DNA of 56,553 nt, filler included, from Circinaria calcarea (Eukaryota): the NCBI GenBank assembly GCA_051942165.1. It is 3 parts of 3 records of this genome, joined end to end, with 100 filler letters (N's around TTAATTAATTAA, not from the genome) between each part and the next. Parts side by side here need not be neighbours in the genome. Positions count along the whole stretch, not along the records: positions 18,887 to 37,670 come from JAVECS010000225.1; 2 more parts are not named here. One strand, 5' to 3'. Of this stretch, positions 25,512 to 37,770 are shown in pieces; positions within the stretch are counted from its first letter, which is position 1, and each line of letters starts with the position of its first letter. Below the pieces are notes generated by a model that was not told where the DNA came from, did not search any database, and saw only the letters and a list, made by a program, of their open reading frames with translations. The translations under genes were made by a program, and so were the position numbers.

Positions 25512-28500
25512 ATGTCGAGAGCTCACTTTTACCATCGACCTAACTCCCCCGACGTATCTGGAGAAGATCCCGATTCTGACCTCGAGCTGGATTTGCAAGA
25601 GCTAAGGCCCCATAAAGATGGTGGCAATGCGGTACATGACAATAACCGCTTACGAACCAAGCAACGTGATTTATCTGAACATGACACCCGGATACCGCTA
25701 CGGAAGCTGCGAGCTGGTGGTCTGAGGGTCTCCGGCCGGCGGACAAGGCAGTCTGATGGAACGAATGGGCAAGAGAACCAGGGAGCGGGTCGAGGTGATC
25801 TTGTGCAGGAATCTGTGGATGGAGAGGAAACGTCCGAGAATGACAATAGTACGGGGGATGCTACACCGTTGCTTAATTCAGATGGGCAGGCCAGGCCAGT
25901 GAAGCCCGGGTTCCGCTTGTTTGGAGGCCGTCTGAACGTTCCCCGCTCTCTATTCCAATGGAGTAGGCGTAGTGAATTGTATGAGCAAGGTTCGAACAGC
26001 AGTCACGAATCGCCAACCACGGGCTCACCACGAAGTATTAGTGTAGGCCAGGCTCCAGCAACTCGATTCCCACCTAATACAGTATCAAATGCCAAATATA
26101 CACCTTGGAGCTTCCTTCCACGCACATTGTACAACGAATTTTCTTTTTTCATTAATCTTTATTTTCTTGTGGTTGCATTGTCCCAAACGATACCCCCTTT
26201 GCGCATCGGATACCTGTCCACGTATATTGCACCTCTGGCGTTTGTTTTGATTGTTACCCTGGGAAAAGAAGCATTAGACGACATTGCAAGGCGCAGGAGA
26301 GATGCAGAGGCTAATAAAGAGAGTTATACTGTTCTCAGGGTGAGGGATACATCAAGTAACTCAACCCTGCGGACGAAAAGTATTCGAAGCGGGAAAAGTG
26401 CAAAGGACAATCGGAATAGGGCTTCTTCGACCGGTCAACGTCGTCTTGATGCTATTGAGGAGGAAGAGGAGAATGTTGGCTCGCTGGCTAGCCAGAAATC
26501 CCACATTGAGGTGGATGAGTTCCTCGTCAAGTCCCGAGATCTGAAGGTTGGAGACATTTTGAAGCTTGGGAAGGATCAAAGGGTTCCTGCGGATTTGGTA
26601 ATCCTAAAGAGCTATACTGCAGGGTCAGTTGCGAGCGATGCTCCTCCATCGAACAATACCCAAGGTCAAAGTCAGCCGATCCTAGTTGCAGAACCAACTG
26701 GAGATCCGCCAATATCTAATTCGACAGCAGCATCTAAAGGCTCTAAACAGCCTCTAGCATCTGATAATTCTACCCCTTCGGCTGACGGAGACGGGGTTGG
26801 GGAGACGTTTATCAGAACTGATCAGCTTGATGGAGAGACGGACTGGAAATTGCGTCTTGCATCACCGCTCACACAAACACTCGATCCGCGAGATTACCTG
26901 AGGTTAACAATCGCAGCGGGAAAACCTGACAAGAAGGTCAATGAGTTCATAGGTTCCGTGGAGCTCGCACCGGAAAGGAGAACTCCTGCAGATGGAGGAG
27001 AGAACAGCACCCACCAGACGCAACCCCGAGACCATAAGATTCTAACAGCACCTTTGACAATCGATAACACTGCTTGGGCAAACACAGTATTGGCATCTAG
27101 TGCGACTGTTCTAGCCGTGGTCGTATATACTGGCGCACAAACCCGTCAAGCTTTGTCCACGTCTTCATCGCGCTCTAAAACAGGACTCCTAGAGTACGAA
27201 ATCAACAATCTTACCAAAATTCTTTGTATTTTGACGGTGACACTTTCCGTCGTCCTCGTAGCACTTGAAGGGTTCAACAAAAGACCAGAACAAAAGTGGT
27301 ATATCACTATAACCCGCTTTCTCATCCTTTTCTCGACGATCATACCTATCAGTCTTCGTGTCAATCTAGACTTGGGCAAAACGGTGTATGCATGGTTTAT
27401 CGAGCGAGATCATGATATGCCCGGCGCTGTGGTAAGGACGAGTACAATACCTGAAGATCTGGGTCGGATTGAATATCTTCTTAGCGATAAGACGGGCACG
27501 TTGACGCAAAATGGTGAGTGAAACTAAGATTCTTTTGGACGATCTCACTAAGTGTAATTAGACATGGATCTGAAAAAGATACACGTTGGAACAGTTTCCT
27601 ACGCCAACGAAGCAATGGAAGAAGTCGCGTCATACGTCCGGCAGGGCTTTTCTAATGCTTCCTCTGCCGACCCCAGTCAGCCAACTGTACTCGTTAACCC
27701 TTCTTCGCTAGTGAATACGAACTCTTCAACTGGAGCAACGACAAGAACGAGGAGGGAGATTGGATCTCGAGTGCGTGATGTGGTTTTGGCTTTGGCCCTT
27801 TGCCATAACGTGACACCTACCACCGAATTTATAAATGGCGAAAGCACTACAGCATATCAAGCATCTTCACCAGATGAAATTGCTATTGTGCGGTGGACGG
27901 AGAGTGTAGGACTGCGGGTTGTACACCGTGATAGACACAGCATAGCCCTTCAGTCAGTCGATTCATCTCGGATAGCCGTTCGTGTCCGCATTCTAGAAGT
28001 CTTTCCTTTTACCTCGGAAGGAAAACGTATGGGCATCATCCTTCAGTTTATGCAAGGGATTGAGTCTTCAACTTCATCTACGACCGAGGGAGGTGAGATC
28101 TGGTTCTACCAAAAAGGTGCTGATACAGTCATGACGTCTATTGTGGCTGCAAATGACTGGCTTGACGAAGAGACTGCCAACATGGCAAGGGAAGGTCTCC
28201 GAACTTTGGTCGTTGGACGACGGAAGTTATCCTTTCACCAATACCAAGAGTTTGCCGCAAGCCACAAGGAGGCTTCCATGTCTCTTCAATCCCGCGATGC
28301 GAGTATGGCTCAGGTCGTTCGGGAATATCTTGAGCACAATCTGGAACTCCTCGGCGTTACTGGCGTCGAAGACAAACTCCAGAAAGACGTCAAACCCTCC
28401 CTCGAACTTCTCCGCAATGCCGGCATAAAAATCTGGATGCTGACAGGCGACAAAGTGGAAACCGCTCGCTGTGTTGCCGTCTCCTCCAAGCTCGTCTCGC

Positions 28501-29582
28501 GCTCCCAGCACATTCACGCAATCACCAATCTCCCTTCACTCACCCGCACAAACCCCCAAGCCGCCACTGACGCCATCTCCTTCCTAAACTCCAATCCACA
28601 TTCCACAGCCCTTCTCATAGATGGTGACTCCCTCTCCCACCTTCTTCTCCACCACCGACTTCCCTTCATCTCCCTCGCTGTCCTTCTCCCAGCTGTAATC
28701 GCTTGCCGCTGCTCCCCGACCCAAAAAGCAGACATTGCCCTTCTCATCCGCGCCCACACTCGTAAACGAATCGCCTGTATTGGGGACGGCGGCAACGACG
28801 TGTCGATGATCCAAGCTGCCGATGTCGGTGTCGGGATTGTAGGAAAAGAAGGTAGGCAAGCCTCTCTCGCTGCCGACTTTTCCATCACCCAATTCCATCA
28901 CCTCACCAAGCTCCTTGTCTGGCACGGCCGCAACAGCTACAAGCGCTCCGCCAAGCTCGCTCAGTTTGTCATCCACCGCGGCCTGCTCATCTCCGTCTGC
29001 CAGACCGTCTACAGCGTATCTGCGGGTTTCGAACCGCACGCCCTCTACCGCGACTGGCTGCTCGTCGGCTACGCGACTGTCTATACCATGATGCCCGTCT
29101 TCTCCCTCGTACTGGATCGCGACGTCGATGAGCGCCTCGCCAACCTTTACCCAGAACTCTACAAAGAACTCACGCCCGGCTCGTCACTCTCTTATCGCAC
29201 TTTTGCCATTTGGCTACTTGTCAGTTTCTACCAGGGCTGCGTCATTCAGATCTTAGCCCAGTATCTCACGGGCTCCGTTACTTCGCCGCAGATGGTTTCC
29301 GTCTCCTTTACCGCCCTCGTGGTCAACGAGCTCGTCATGGTCGCGGTGGAGGTCACGACGTGGCATTGGATTATGCTCGCTTCCCTGCTCGGCACCGCCA
29401 CTATATATGCGGTTAGCATCCCCTTCCTCGGCGGCTACTTTGATCTAGCATACGTGTGGAGTTTGGGCTTTTTATGGCGTGTGGTCGCGATTGCGGCGGT
29501 GAGTCTGGCGCCGTATTATGTGGGGAAAGTGGTCAGGCGGACGGTAAAGCCGCCGAGTTATCGGAAGGTAAGGGGCGTTTGA
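25512..29582 (+). CDS. NEO1: P4-ATPase phospholipid flippase, Neo1/ATP9 class
   Basis: NAKYTPWSF, TDQLDGETDWKLR, IPISLRVNLD, SDKTGTLTQN (phosphorylated Asp), WMLTGDK, GDGGNDVSMIQAA, PPSYRKV end; one 48-nt intron at 27514-27561. Confidence 0.95.
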
Positions 29583-29996
29583 GGGGGGTTTGGAAGGCGT
29601 TTAAAGGTCAAGGAGTGAGGGTCCGGGAGAGAATGAAGGGTGCTGAGCGGTTTAGAGTATTGGATGCTGGCGTTGTTTTTTATTGGGCTCTCGGGGGGGG
29701 GAAGGGGGGGGGGAGAACGATATTCCTGCTTTTCAATAGGTGCTTTTTCCTTCGCTGACGGTATTAAAAACTTTCCGAGCCCACTCTATAATTTTGCCAC
29801 CGAATTCCAAACCCCCTCGGTAATTTGGTAAATTAAAAATAAAACCAAAATCTCGTATCGATCCTATTTATCTCTCTCCCTTTCTAGCTATCTATCTATT
29901 TTCCTTTTTATATTAAATGCCCCCAGTGCCCATGCCATTGAAGTTCCCCCCAGCTTCGGAAATAAATTTTTATTATATATATATATTATATACACC

Positions 29997-30161
29997 CCGA
30001 ACTTGGGATTGGCGAGTACCGTTTTCGTTCGGGAAAGGGAGCAGGGCCGCTTTAGAGGGAGTAGCGAGGGAGCACGGGGGAGCACCGAGGGGCAGTGCAG
30101 GGGCGCAGCAGGTGGGAGCCTGAAACAGGTAGCTACCTCCGTCTCGGCTTAAGCTGCCCTC
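29997..30161 (+). repeat. Degenerate ~170-bp repeat, copy A (TIR-like)
   Basis: CCGAACTT..GATTGG..CCGTT..GGAAAGGGAGCAGGGCCGCTTTAG..GGGCAGTGCA..TCGGCTTAAGCTGCCCTC; colinear with the reverse complement of 30678-30858 and with 33989-34177. Confidence 0.8.
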
Positions 30162-30677
30162 CTTGCTTTATTACTGTCTAGACTTTGCCACTTCGAGGGA
30201 AAGATAAATAGCACGATATAAGTATATAAAATTTTGGGATTTAGCTTCGTGGGTACGATAATTAGACTTCTGGAATTTGGCGTCTACGGGGAGTATTACT
30301 AATGCAGGCTTCTGGGGAAAGCCTTTTATCTATATTTTTTTTTCTTTTCCAATACAGGGGAATAGAAAACTCAAAAAAAGGGAAGCTTTTCAGGATCGCG
30401 ATTTTAGCTGGAGTAGTATAAGGGGACTCAATAGCAAGCCGAGGAGTAAGTACGCGTACGACCGGGGGTGAAACATTAAAGATACATGCGTATAGCAATT
30501 CCTTAGGTTCAATTTGACCTATCTAGGCTGTGTAAACATGGTGTATAAAGTGCTTAATTTGATGTTATAATATCTCATACTCTACATACAAATTTTGGTG
30601 GGGAGCGCACGATCGCCTGACTGTGTGACCGCGCGACCGCTAGAATTTTTGGACTTTGCTCCTCAAAGACCACCATT

Positions 30678-30858
30678 GAGGGCAGCTTAAGCCGAAACGG
30701 AAGAAGCCGATTCAGGTTCCCTGCCCACTTGCTGTGTTCTTGCACTGCCCTAGAGCACTTCCCTGCTCTCGCTCGTGGTCCCTTGTTCTCGCAGTGCTCC
30801 ACTATAGCCGCCTTGTTCCATTTCTGACCAGAACGGCAATACCCAATCTTAAGTTCGG
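30678..30858 (-). repeat. Degenerate repeat, copy B (inverted relative to A and C)
   Basis: Begins GAGGGCAGCTTAAGCCGA, the exact 18-nt reverse complement of 30144-30161; the remainder is colinear, with many G/A transitions. Confidence 0.8.
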
Positions 30859-31820
30859 ATTAGATATTTAAGTTTTCTTAGGAGTCGATGCTAAGGCGCT
30901 ATCCAAGTGCTTTTTTCCATCCTCCAAAACTCATTACTTTGACCTCGCACGCAAAGTGAGGTGGGTTTTAGCCTCACCTCCGCCGTGTTTGGAGGCGATA
31001 GAAAAATCGCTTATCTAGATATTTTTGATCGGGAGTGTAAAATAGCGGGACATTTCCGAAAATTTTCCTTAAACGTCTTGCCTGCGAGTTTATCGATCTG
31101 ACTATTTTACCTCGGGGATGGGGTGGGGCCCCTTTGGTTTTCAGCCCCGAGCTGAATCAGATGGCTGCGGCGATGATAAGGCTAAGTTTTATAGAGATAC
31201 GGGGAGATCCAGTCAGGAATAAACCCCGGACTCCACTATAATGGTCACAATTGACTTCAAATCTCTTAGCATCGAAAGAGCAGTTCCGTTTTGCTACAGT
31301 ATTTGGGCGCACCTTCTCTCTTACGATGACAGGCGAAGCCCGTGTAATACTCCTTGAATCTTGAGGTAGATTCCCTACTCAGTATTGGTGGTGTTCTGGG
31401 TCAGGCTTACTGGCGCAGCCACGAATGCTTTTAATAGTACCGGTATTTCCTATTTTCCGATTTAAAGCGCCTTGGCATTTACGCCCTGCGCTAATGCATC
31501 TGCTAAAATCACCGAGTGCGTGCGCTGCAATGCTGCTATTTCTATAGCGCATTCCCACTCTCTTTTAGCTATTAAGGCAGTCAATCTTCGCACATTGTAA
31601 CATAACAATCGTCTCAGCTCACGTCCAGAAGCTTAACTCAACTTTTCCCAAAATTTTCTCGTGAGACTAGGTGTCTCTTCTTGCATTTTATAACATAAAT
31701 ATAGCGGGCGAAACACCCTATATTTTTATACACTGTCTTTGACTCTCGATATAGGTACCTGTCGTAGGAGGTCGCAATACTCAGTTTAATCGTTCTTATC
31801 TAGCCCTTGACGATTTTCAG

Positions 31821-33686
31821 ATGGATTATCGAAGCACGATCTCTGATGAAGAACGGAAAGCTCAGGATAAAGTTCTCGAAGGCCTTCTCTCCGATCAGCT
31901 CTTCAATGAATTTGATCCTACATTTTGGTGCTCTGCTGAAGCCGATAACGCTAAAATATTCGCGAAAAAGGTATTCCCTCTATTGGCGAGATATTTGGAT
32001 GGGGAAAAATTAGACGAGATTGTCAGGAGTCATCAATGGCTTGATGATATTGCTATTCCGTCGAAGATATCTAAATCGGCGCAAATCTTTCAAAAGGATC
32101 CGGCACACAATCTTACAATACTAGACTTGTTTGCCAAACTCCACTTCTTGAAGACCTGGGGATCTGCCACTATATTTACATCCGACCCTATGGCCTGTAT
32201 ATTTTATGAGATGTTCAAAATCATTAACGCAATGAGAAACACTCCTGAAGCCAAGGCGGCATGGAAGGATGGAATTGAACAATGCACCAAGGCAGGCGAA
32301 ATAATAGCGGAGATTTATAATCCAATCGCGATGGATCAGGATCTGAAGCCAAAATCGGACAATATGTGTCAAGACTTCCCAGTCCGATGGGACGAATTCG
32401 TGAAAGAGTAGGTGCTTGCATTGAAAACTTTGAAGTCAAAATACAAGGGTCAATCTAATAATTTGAATAGGAATGGCAAGAACAGTCGGCGCTCTTATTA
32501 TTCCGAACTAGCAGATTATAAGGAAACCGAGGAATCTTGGCTTCTTTATGTCGAAATCGACGAGTTACTTTGCAAACGAGTTAGCAAACAAGCCATGACG
32601 GCCTTCCTGGAAAATTCAAGCAATACAAATGCTTATGAAAGACATTCGTGGGGACTCCAAGCAGTGATTCAGTCCTGGGCTACGATCCAAGATAGCGACA
32701 AATTCACAAAGGACAATTATCTTTGTGGAAAGCTCATGGAAACCTGGAAACAAGTTGTGAGGAACATGGTCAATGAAAATTATGGCTGCGGGAAACGCTG
32801 GGCGGAATTTAGCGATCGTATTTGGTCTTTTTGCCTTGCCGCAGGATGTCCGAAACCTAACAGACGTGATCCATTTAAGAGTCTTGAAGCATTGAGAGCT
32901 TTCGTTAGCGGCCAATTTGCATTCACGGCTGATCTGCATAAGAAAATTTCGGAACTCAATCAGCAGATTATGCTTCAACAGCGTATGATTACGGCACTCG
33001 CCTACCGGAACGTTCTAGAAAATATTTCGGCAACAACTCCAGGTCGTAATTCAACAGAAAAATGGGAAGCTTTCATTCAAACGATGTTTAAGAGCGTGGA
33101 AAATGGTAGTTTTCCTTCTGGAGATGCATTTAATGATCTCTTTGATAGGCAAAGTATAGAAAAGAAATACGACTTCGACTACCTCAAACAAATGGCCGAA
33201 GAGCTTTATTCGACTCTGAGCCGAACGATCCATAACTTCCAACCGTCGAGAGACTTCGATCAATACACTCTGGTGCCCAGCCAATTCGATCCAATGCAAA
33301 TCGACTTCATGGCCGCGATGGCGCCACTGAAAGAAAATCGCAACCGCACTGGAGATCCCAACTGGGAGAAAGAAAGGAAACGATACCCGAAACAAATCGT
33401 GAGTACCGAACGAGCAGAGAAGAAGCCCCAAAAGCAAACAGAAAAGGCCAAAGAAGCCATCTCTGGTACCGATGGGATCATATTCTCATCCTCGGGTATG
33501 GAAGATCTCCTAGACGCCGAGCAGAATATGCAAGCCGAATGGTCAAGCTCCAACCAAAGCATCAAATGTCAAAGCGACTTAGAGTGTGAAGAACACGAAG
33601 AAAGTTCAGAGAGTGAAAAGGACCAAGCGAGTTCGGACACCGAAGATGCATCTTTTTTCAGGTCCGGCAAGAAGGAGGAGCGCTAG
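31821..33686 (+). CDS. Orphan 600-aa protein, 2 exons; central coiled-coil-like segment, HEPN-like motif, acidic tail
   Basis: The two track ORFs are in the same frame. A 63-nt intron 32408-32470 (GTAGGT...CTAAT...ATAG) removes the TAG and gives ...DEFVKE|NGKNSRR... No family recognised with certainty. Confidence 0.75.
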
Positions 33687-33988
33687 TGATAGGAATATGC
33701 ATTTAACTACATCTGGCGGTTGAAGAAGCTAAAAAGGCTAAATATAAGGCCGGCGGAAGAAATTTTTTCACGAGTCTGATACTTTTTATTTCTGTTATGG
33801 ACCTACTGTGCGCAGGGCCGTTTAGGCGTCTGTTTGCAGCTTAGCGTACCCCACCGTAGTTAAAAGGTCGTGGCAGCTTAGAATTCAACTACAGGCTATT
33901 CACCACCACTACGTTCCGTGACAATTTCCAAAAAACCCTTCTTGCCGTAAATTTTATTTTTATTTTTGTTTTTATTTTTGGTTTATTT

Positions 33989-34177
33989 ATATATTATATA
34001 TTCCCCGAGATGAGGGTGAGCCTGATCCGTTTTTAATATGGAAAGGGAGCAAGGCCGCTTTTAAGAGAGCAGCGAGAGAATAACAGAGGAGTATAAAGGA
34101 GCAGGAAAAAAGCATGAGGGAGTATAGGGGAGCACGGAGGGAGTATAAGGAATAAAAGTAGTTGAATACGGCTTAAT
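33989..34177 (+). repeat. Degenerate repeat, copy C (direct relative to A, inverted relative to B)
   Basis: ATATATTATATA..CCCGA..CCGTTTT..GGAAAGGGAGCAAGGCCGCTTT..GCGAGAGA..CGGCTTAA; more A-rich than copy A. Confidence 0.7.
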
Positions 34178-34402
34178 AAGGGGGGCAGCCTATTTGTAAG
34201 GATCTTCTACGAATAATATAATGATCTTACGATAAGGGTCGGTAAATTATGTAATAATAAGCTCAATGGGTTCGCGTAAGCGTATAAATTATTGTTAAGG
34301 AATTCTGATGTAACACTTCGCGGAGAAAACCTTTCTCGTTAAATTAACACCTCGTGACCTCGGTGTATAGTTCACCCGTAGGGTTCGTAGGGGTTCTCAC
34401 TG

Positions 34403-37402
34403 TCACCGAGTGGCAAAGGCCGTTACAGTAGAGTTCTCATCGAAAACTGATGCTAAATTCCTCCCCACGTGTAGAAAAAGGTCGATGACTCCATAAACCA
34501 GTAAGGCCATCAAGGATGCTACATATCCGGTTCTGAGGACTAGAGCTTCGACGAAGGTCAAACGCAAGAGCCTAGTCGCAGTATCCCACAATATTACAGT
34601 AGGGCAGTTGCGCTTGGTCACTTTGATCAAGCTCTCGAGAGGCTGGAAAGCAAAAGCCACGGAAACTACATTGTTGGTTAGAAGTAGATTGCATATAAAG
34701 ATAATGTGAAGCTTACTGCGCAGTTGCGACCACATCCTGTCGGTTCGAGTGGGCACACGGGTGCCACTCTCCTTGCCGCTTTTATTCTCTGAGCAGAAAA
34801 TGAGGCCAGGCTGGGAACTTGTAGTGGACTGGAGCACGGCCAGAGTTTCCTGATCATCATCGGCGGAAACAAATCGCTGCGGTGGTTGATACGGCCAGAT
34901 ATAGAGCTTGGTGGTGGCCCGAGGATGCGGTGCAGATACGAAATCTTTTGCCATGTGAAAGGCGGTTCGACCGCAAGGATCAGCTCTCATGGAATCTGCA
35001 CCGTTTTCTATCAAAAGTCTGGCACATGAAGCACGACCGAGATGTGTCGCGAACGTTAGCCAAGTATACTTGCCGACCACATCGCCCTTTATTGACACCT
35101 GTTGGCCGCCGAGAACCTTGCCGATCGGTTCATTTCCGTTGATGGGGAAGCCGCTGCGGTAAAAATACTGCAGTATCTGTGGTATATCTAAAAAGATGAT
35201 TGCTATCAGGTAGCTGTTAAGCAGTTCCTGGGGCTTACGTCCGATGATGTTGTGACGGTGCAAAATGAACCTCTGGATTAATCCATCAGCAGCGGCAGGG
35301 AAGTATGTCCGAACGTCGTCTGTCCTTAGTAAAAGGGAAAGTAGACCTTCTTTATTTTCCTCTAGATGTCGCGGATTTGTGCGATTCACCAGCTCCAATA
35401 TCATTTTCTTCCTCGACGCTGGATATTTACATTGCGGAAGATAATTCGGATGACGAGACAGATATATAAGTGCCCATGTCGGACAAGCACCGGCACCAAG
35501 CAAAGCCTGGAACGTATCGAGGTTGCCCCATTTGACAGCTTTACTAAGGTAACTCAATCGAAGCCAGGGCATTTGTTCGTTACTTGATTTCTCGTCCAAG
35601 TCAAATCCTGCTCTTATAAAAGGGGCAATCATATCCTGAGTACCCCACTTGCAAACAACCTTTAAGAATTCAACTCTATCCCTAGTGGAGGCCTTCTGCA
35701 CCTCAGAAACAATGACATCAATGTTAAAGGCTGTGCCTAAATTAAGGTGGACTTGCGAAGCGCAAAAAACTGATCTGTACGATGCAAAATACTTTTGCAG
35801 TGCTTTGCAAAACTTTTCATCTGTATGCTGAAGAATGCCCACAAACCATCTGTCGATGGGCAAAAGATCGTTGACGGTCCAAGGCTCCGATTGATTGAAG
35901 AGATATTTAGATATACAATCAAATGTGGCTCCGTGGCGCATAATAAGCGTTAAGATTGTTCCCCAGTTACTGTGTTGCCAGAAAATGTTGCCCCCATAGG
36001 CTAGGAAGGAATCTAGCGCATCTTTCAACTGCGGTTGAGACTGTCTGGCCGCTGATATGAGCACCTTGGCGTGGCACGCGGTAAATCTAGTAACACGTCC
36101 TAAGTTGACATACTAAATGATGAATATTTGCGCTTACAAGGGGTCACCACTGCCACAACCCTCTTTGAGTAGGCGTTTATACATCGCGAGAGCTTCACTA
36201 TTCATTTCCCCTACTCGCGCAGTAAACGCCTGTATAAATGATGAGCTATCTTTGCGTTCACATGGGCTTGCAAACTAACCTCAAGTAAGGAAATTGGTCT
36301 ACGGTGAAAGATATGGTCTGTTGGCCGCGCAAGGCCCTCTCGAAAGAGTCTTTGCAATTCGAGTACATCGAATCTGGCTATCGCTGCTTTGAGATCCTGA
36401 CTCGGGTTGTAGCGTATGGGTGAGAGCGATAGAGTGATCCTAGGAAGCTTGCTAACTGTTCTATAGATGTGAACATCCCAGTGAATCGCAAGAGATGAGA
36501 GCCATCGTGGTGGAATGTATGTAAAGGTATGGTGAATGATAGGCCTACTCGATCCTTTTCCAGCAACAGTTGTGTTGCTAGACACTACTTTACCCAATAG
36601 CATCAGATCAGTATGGCTCCTCTGATAGGTAGAAGGCAAATGAAAATCTCTGGCCACCACTGTCTTTCCAATATGTCCTCTGCGCATCATAACGGTATCG
36701 ACTCGGAGATATCCTTGCAAGTCACGCAGACGATCTTCTATTCTTGCAAAGGCGCCTTGATAGAACTCTCGCTGAGCACTTTGAGACAAATTAAAAGCTG
36801 CAAGATCAGAGTGGAGGACTCCAAGACCCGCGTCAGTCTTGGCTAGAAGCTCGGCCGTTTCCAGTGAGACTTTATAGAGCTTTCGGCTTGCAGTAATGAC
36901 TTGTCAGACGTGTTCTGTACTACGGCATCATTTCGCTCACTTACCTGGTCAATATGCCCACAAGAAATGTAAGGGTTCCTACATGAGATGAGATCAGGTA
37001 TTGATACCGTTGAACCCTATCCTCTTGAAGAACATAACGGATGCGTAATGCGAGATATTTCCTCCGAGAAGCGGGGGCCAATAACAAATCCTTCAATTTC
37101 AGCATCGAGGACTCAAAATCGCCCAAATCCTGATGCATATAGTGTACGGCCGACGTGAATAGCGTTCCCATGCCCAATGCGGCATACTCGGAGGGATAAT
37201 CTCGTATTCGCTCTTGGACTTCGGAAAGGAGACATTCAAACTCCTTCAGCTGCCTATAAAGGCGCCTAATATCTTCCGGTGCGTCCTTCAACTTGCTTCC
37301 GACATTGTACAGGATTTTAGAGCTGTCGATCACTAAAGCCGCGAGCGTAGCCAAGCTGGCAGCGAAGCCGATGAAGGCGACGGAGGTGGACAGAGGATCC
37401 AT
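34403..37402 (-). CDS. HeLo-like (fungal STAND N-terminal) domain + ankyrin-like repeats + C-terminal hydrophobic segment, ~930-946 aa
   Basis: MDPLSTSVAFIGFAASLATL...KDAPEDIRRL N-terminus. Exons 37402-36945, 36886-36280, 36229-36138 and 36086-34403 splice in frame (optional in-frame 51-nt intron 34716-34666). ANK-like SYLSKAVKWGNLDTFQALLGAGA and TWLTFATHLGRASCARLLIENGAD..D..GRTAFHMA. Confidence 0.78.
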
Positions 37403-37670
37403 CGCATCCGAATGCTTGAGATAGAGGTTTCATACGCAAGGTGAAAGATTAAAAAAATAATGAGTCAGTTGTAATCAGGGTGGAAGCTGCTGCCAAAGGA
37501 GCGGGATCAGGCACCTGACCTACCGCCTAATTAGTGGTATGGTACAGCCCCGCTGCATGTGAGTTTAACCCTGCACGGTCTTGTTTCAAGGCAGACACCA
37601 CACCGTTACACTCTCATATTATAAATATACAAACAATTAGCAAATTTCATGATATAATATAATATAATAT

Positions 37671-37770
37671 NNNNNNNNNNNNNNNNNNNNNNNNNNNNNN
37701 NNNNNNNNNNNNNNTTAATTAATTAANNNNNNNNNNNNNNNNNNNNNNNNNNNNNNNNNNNNNNNNNNNN
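37671..37770. other. Artificial contig linker (44 N + TTAATTAATTAA + 44 N)
   Basis: Same 100-bp design as 18787-18886. Confidence 0.97.

Noticed and set aside
32409..32411. Stop-codon readthrough or recoding between two in-frame ORFs
   Set aside because: The TAG lies inside a canonical 63-nt intron (GTAGGT..CTAAT..TAG, 32408-32470) whose removal keeps the frame.
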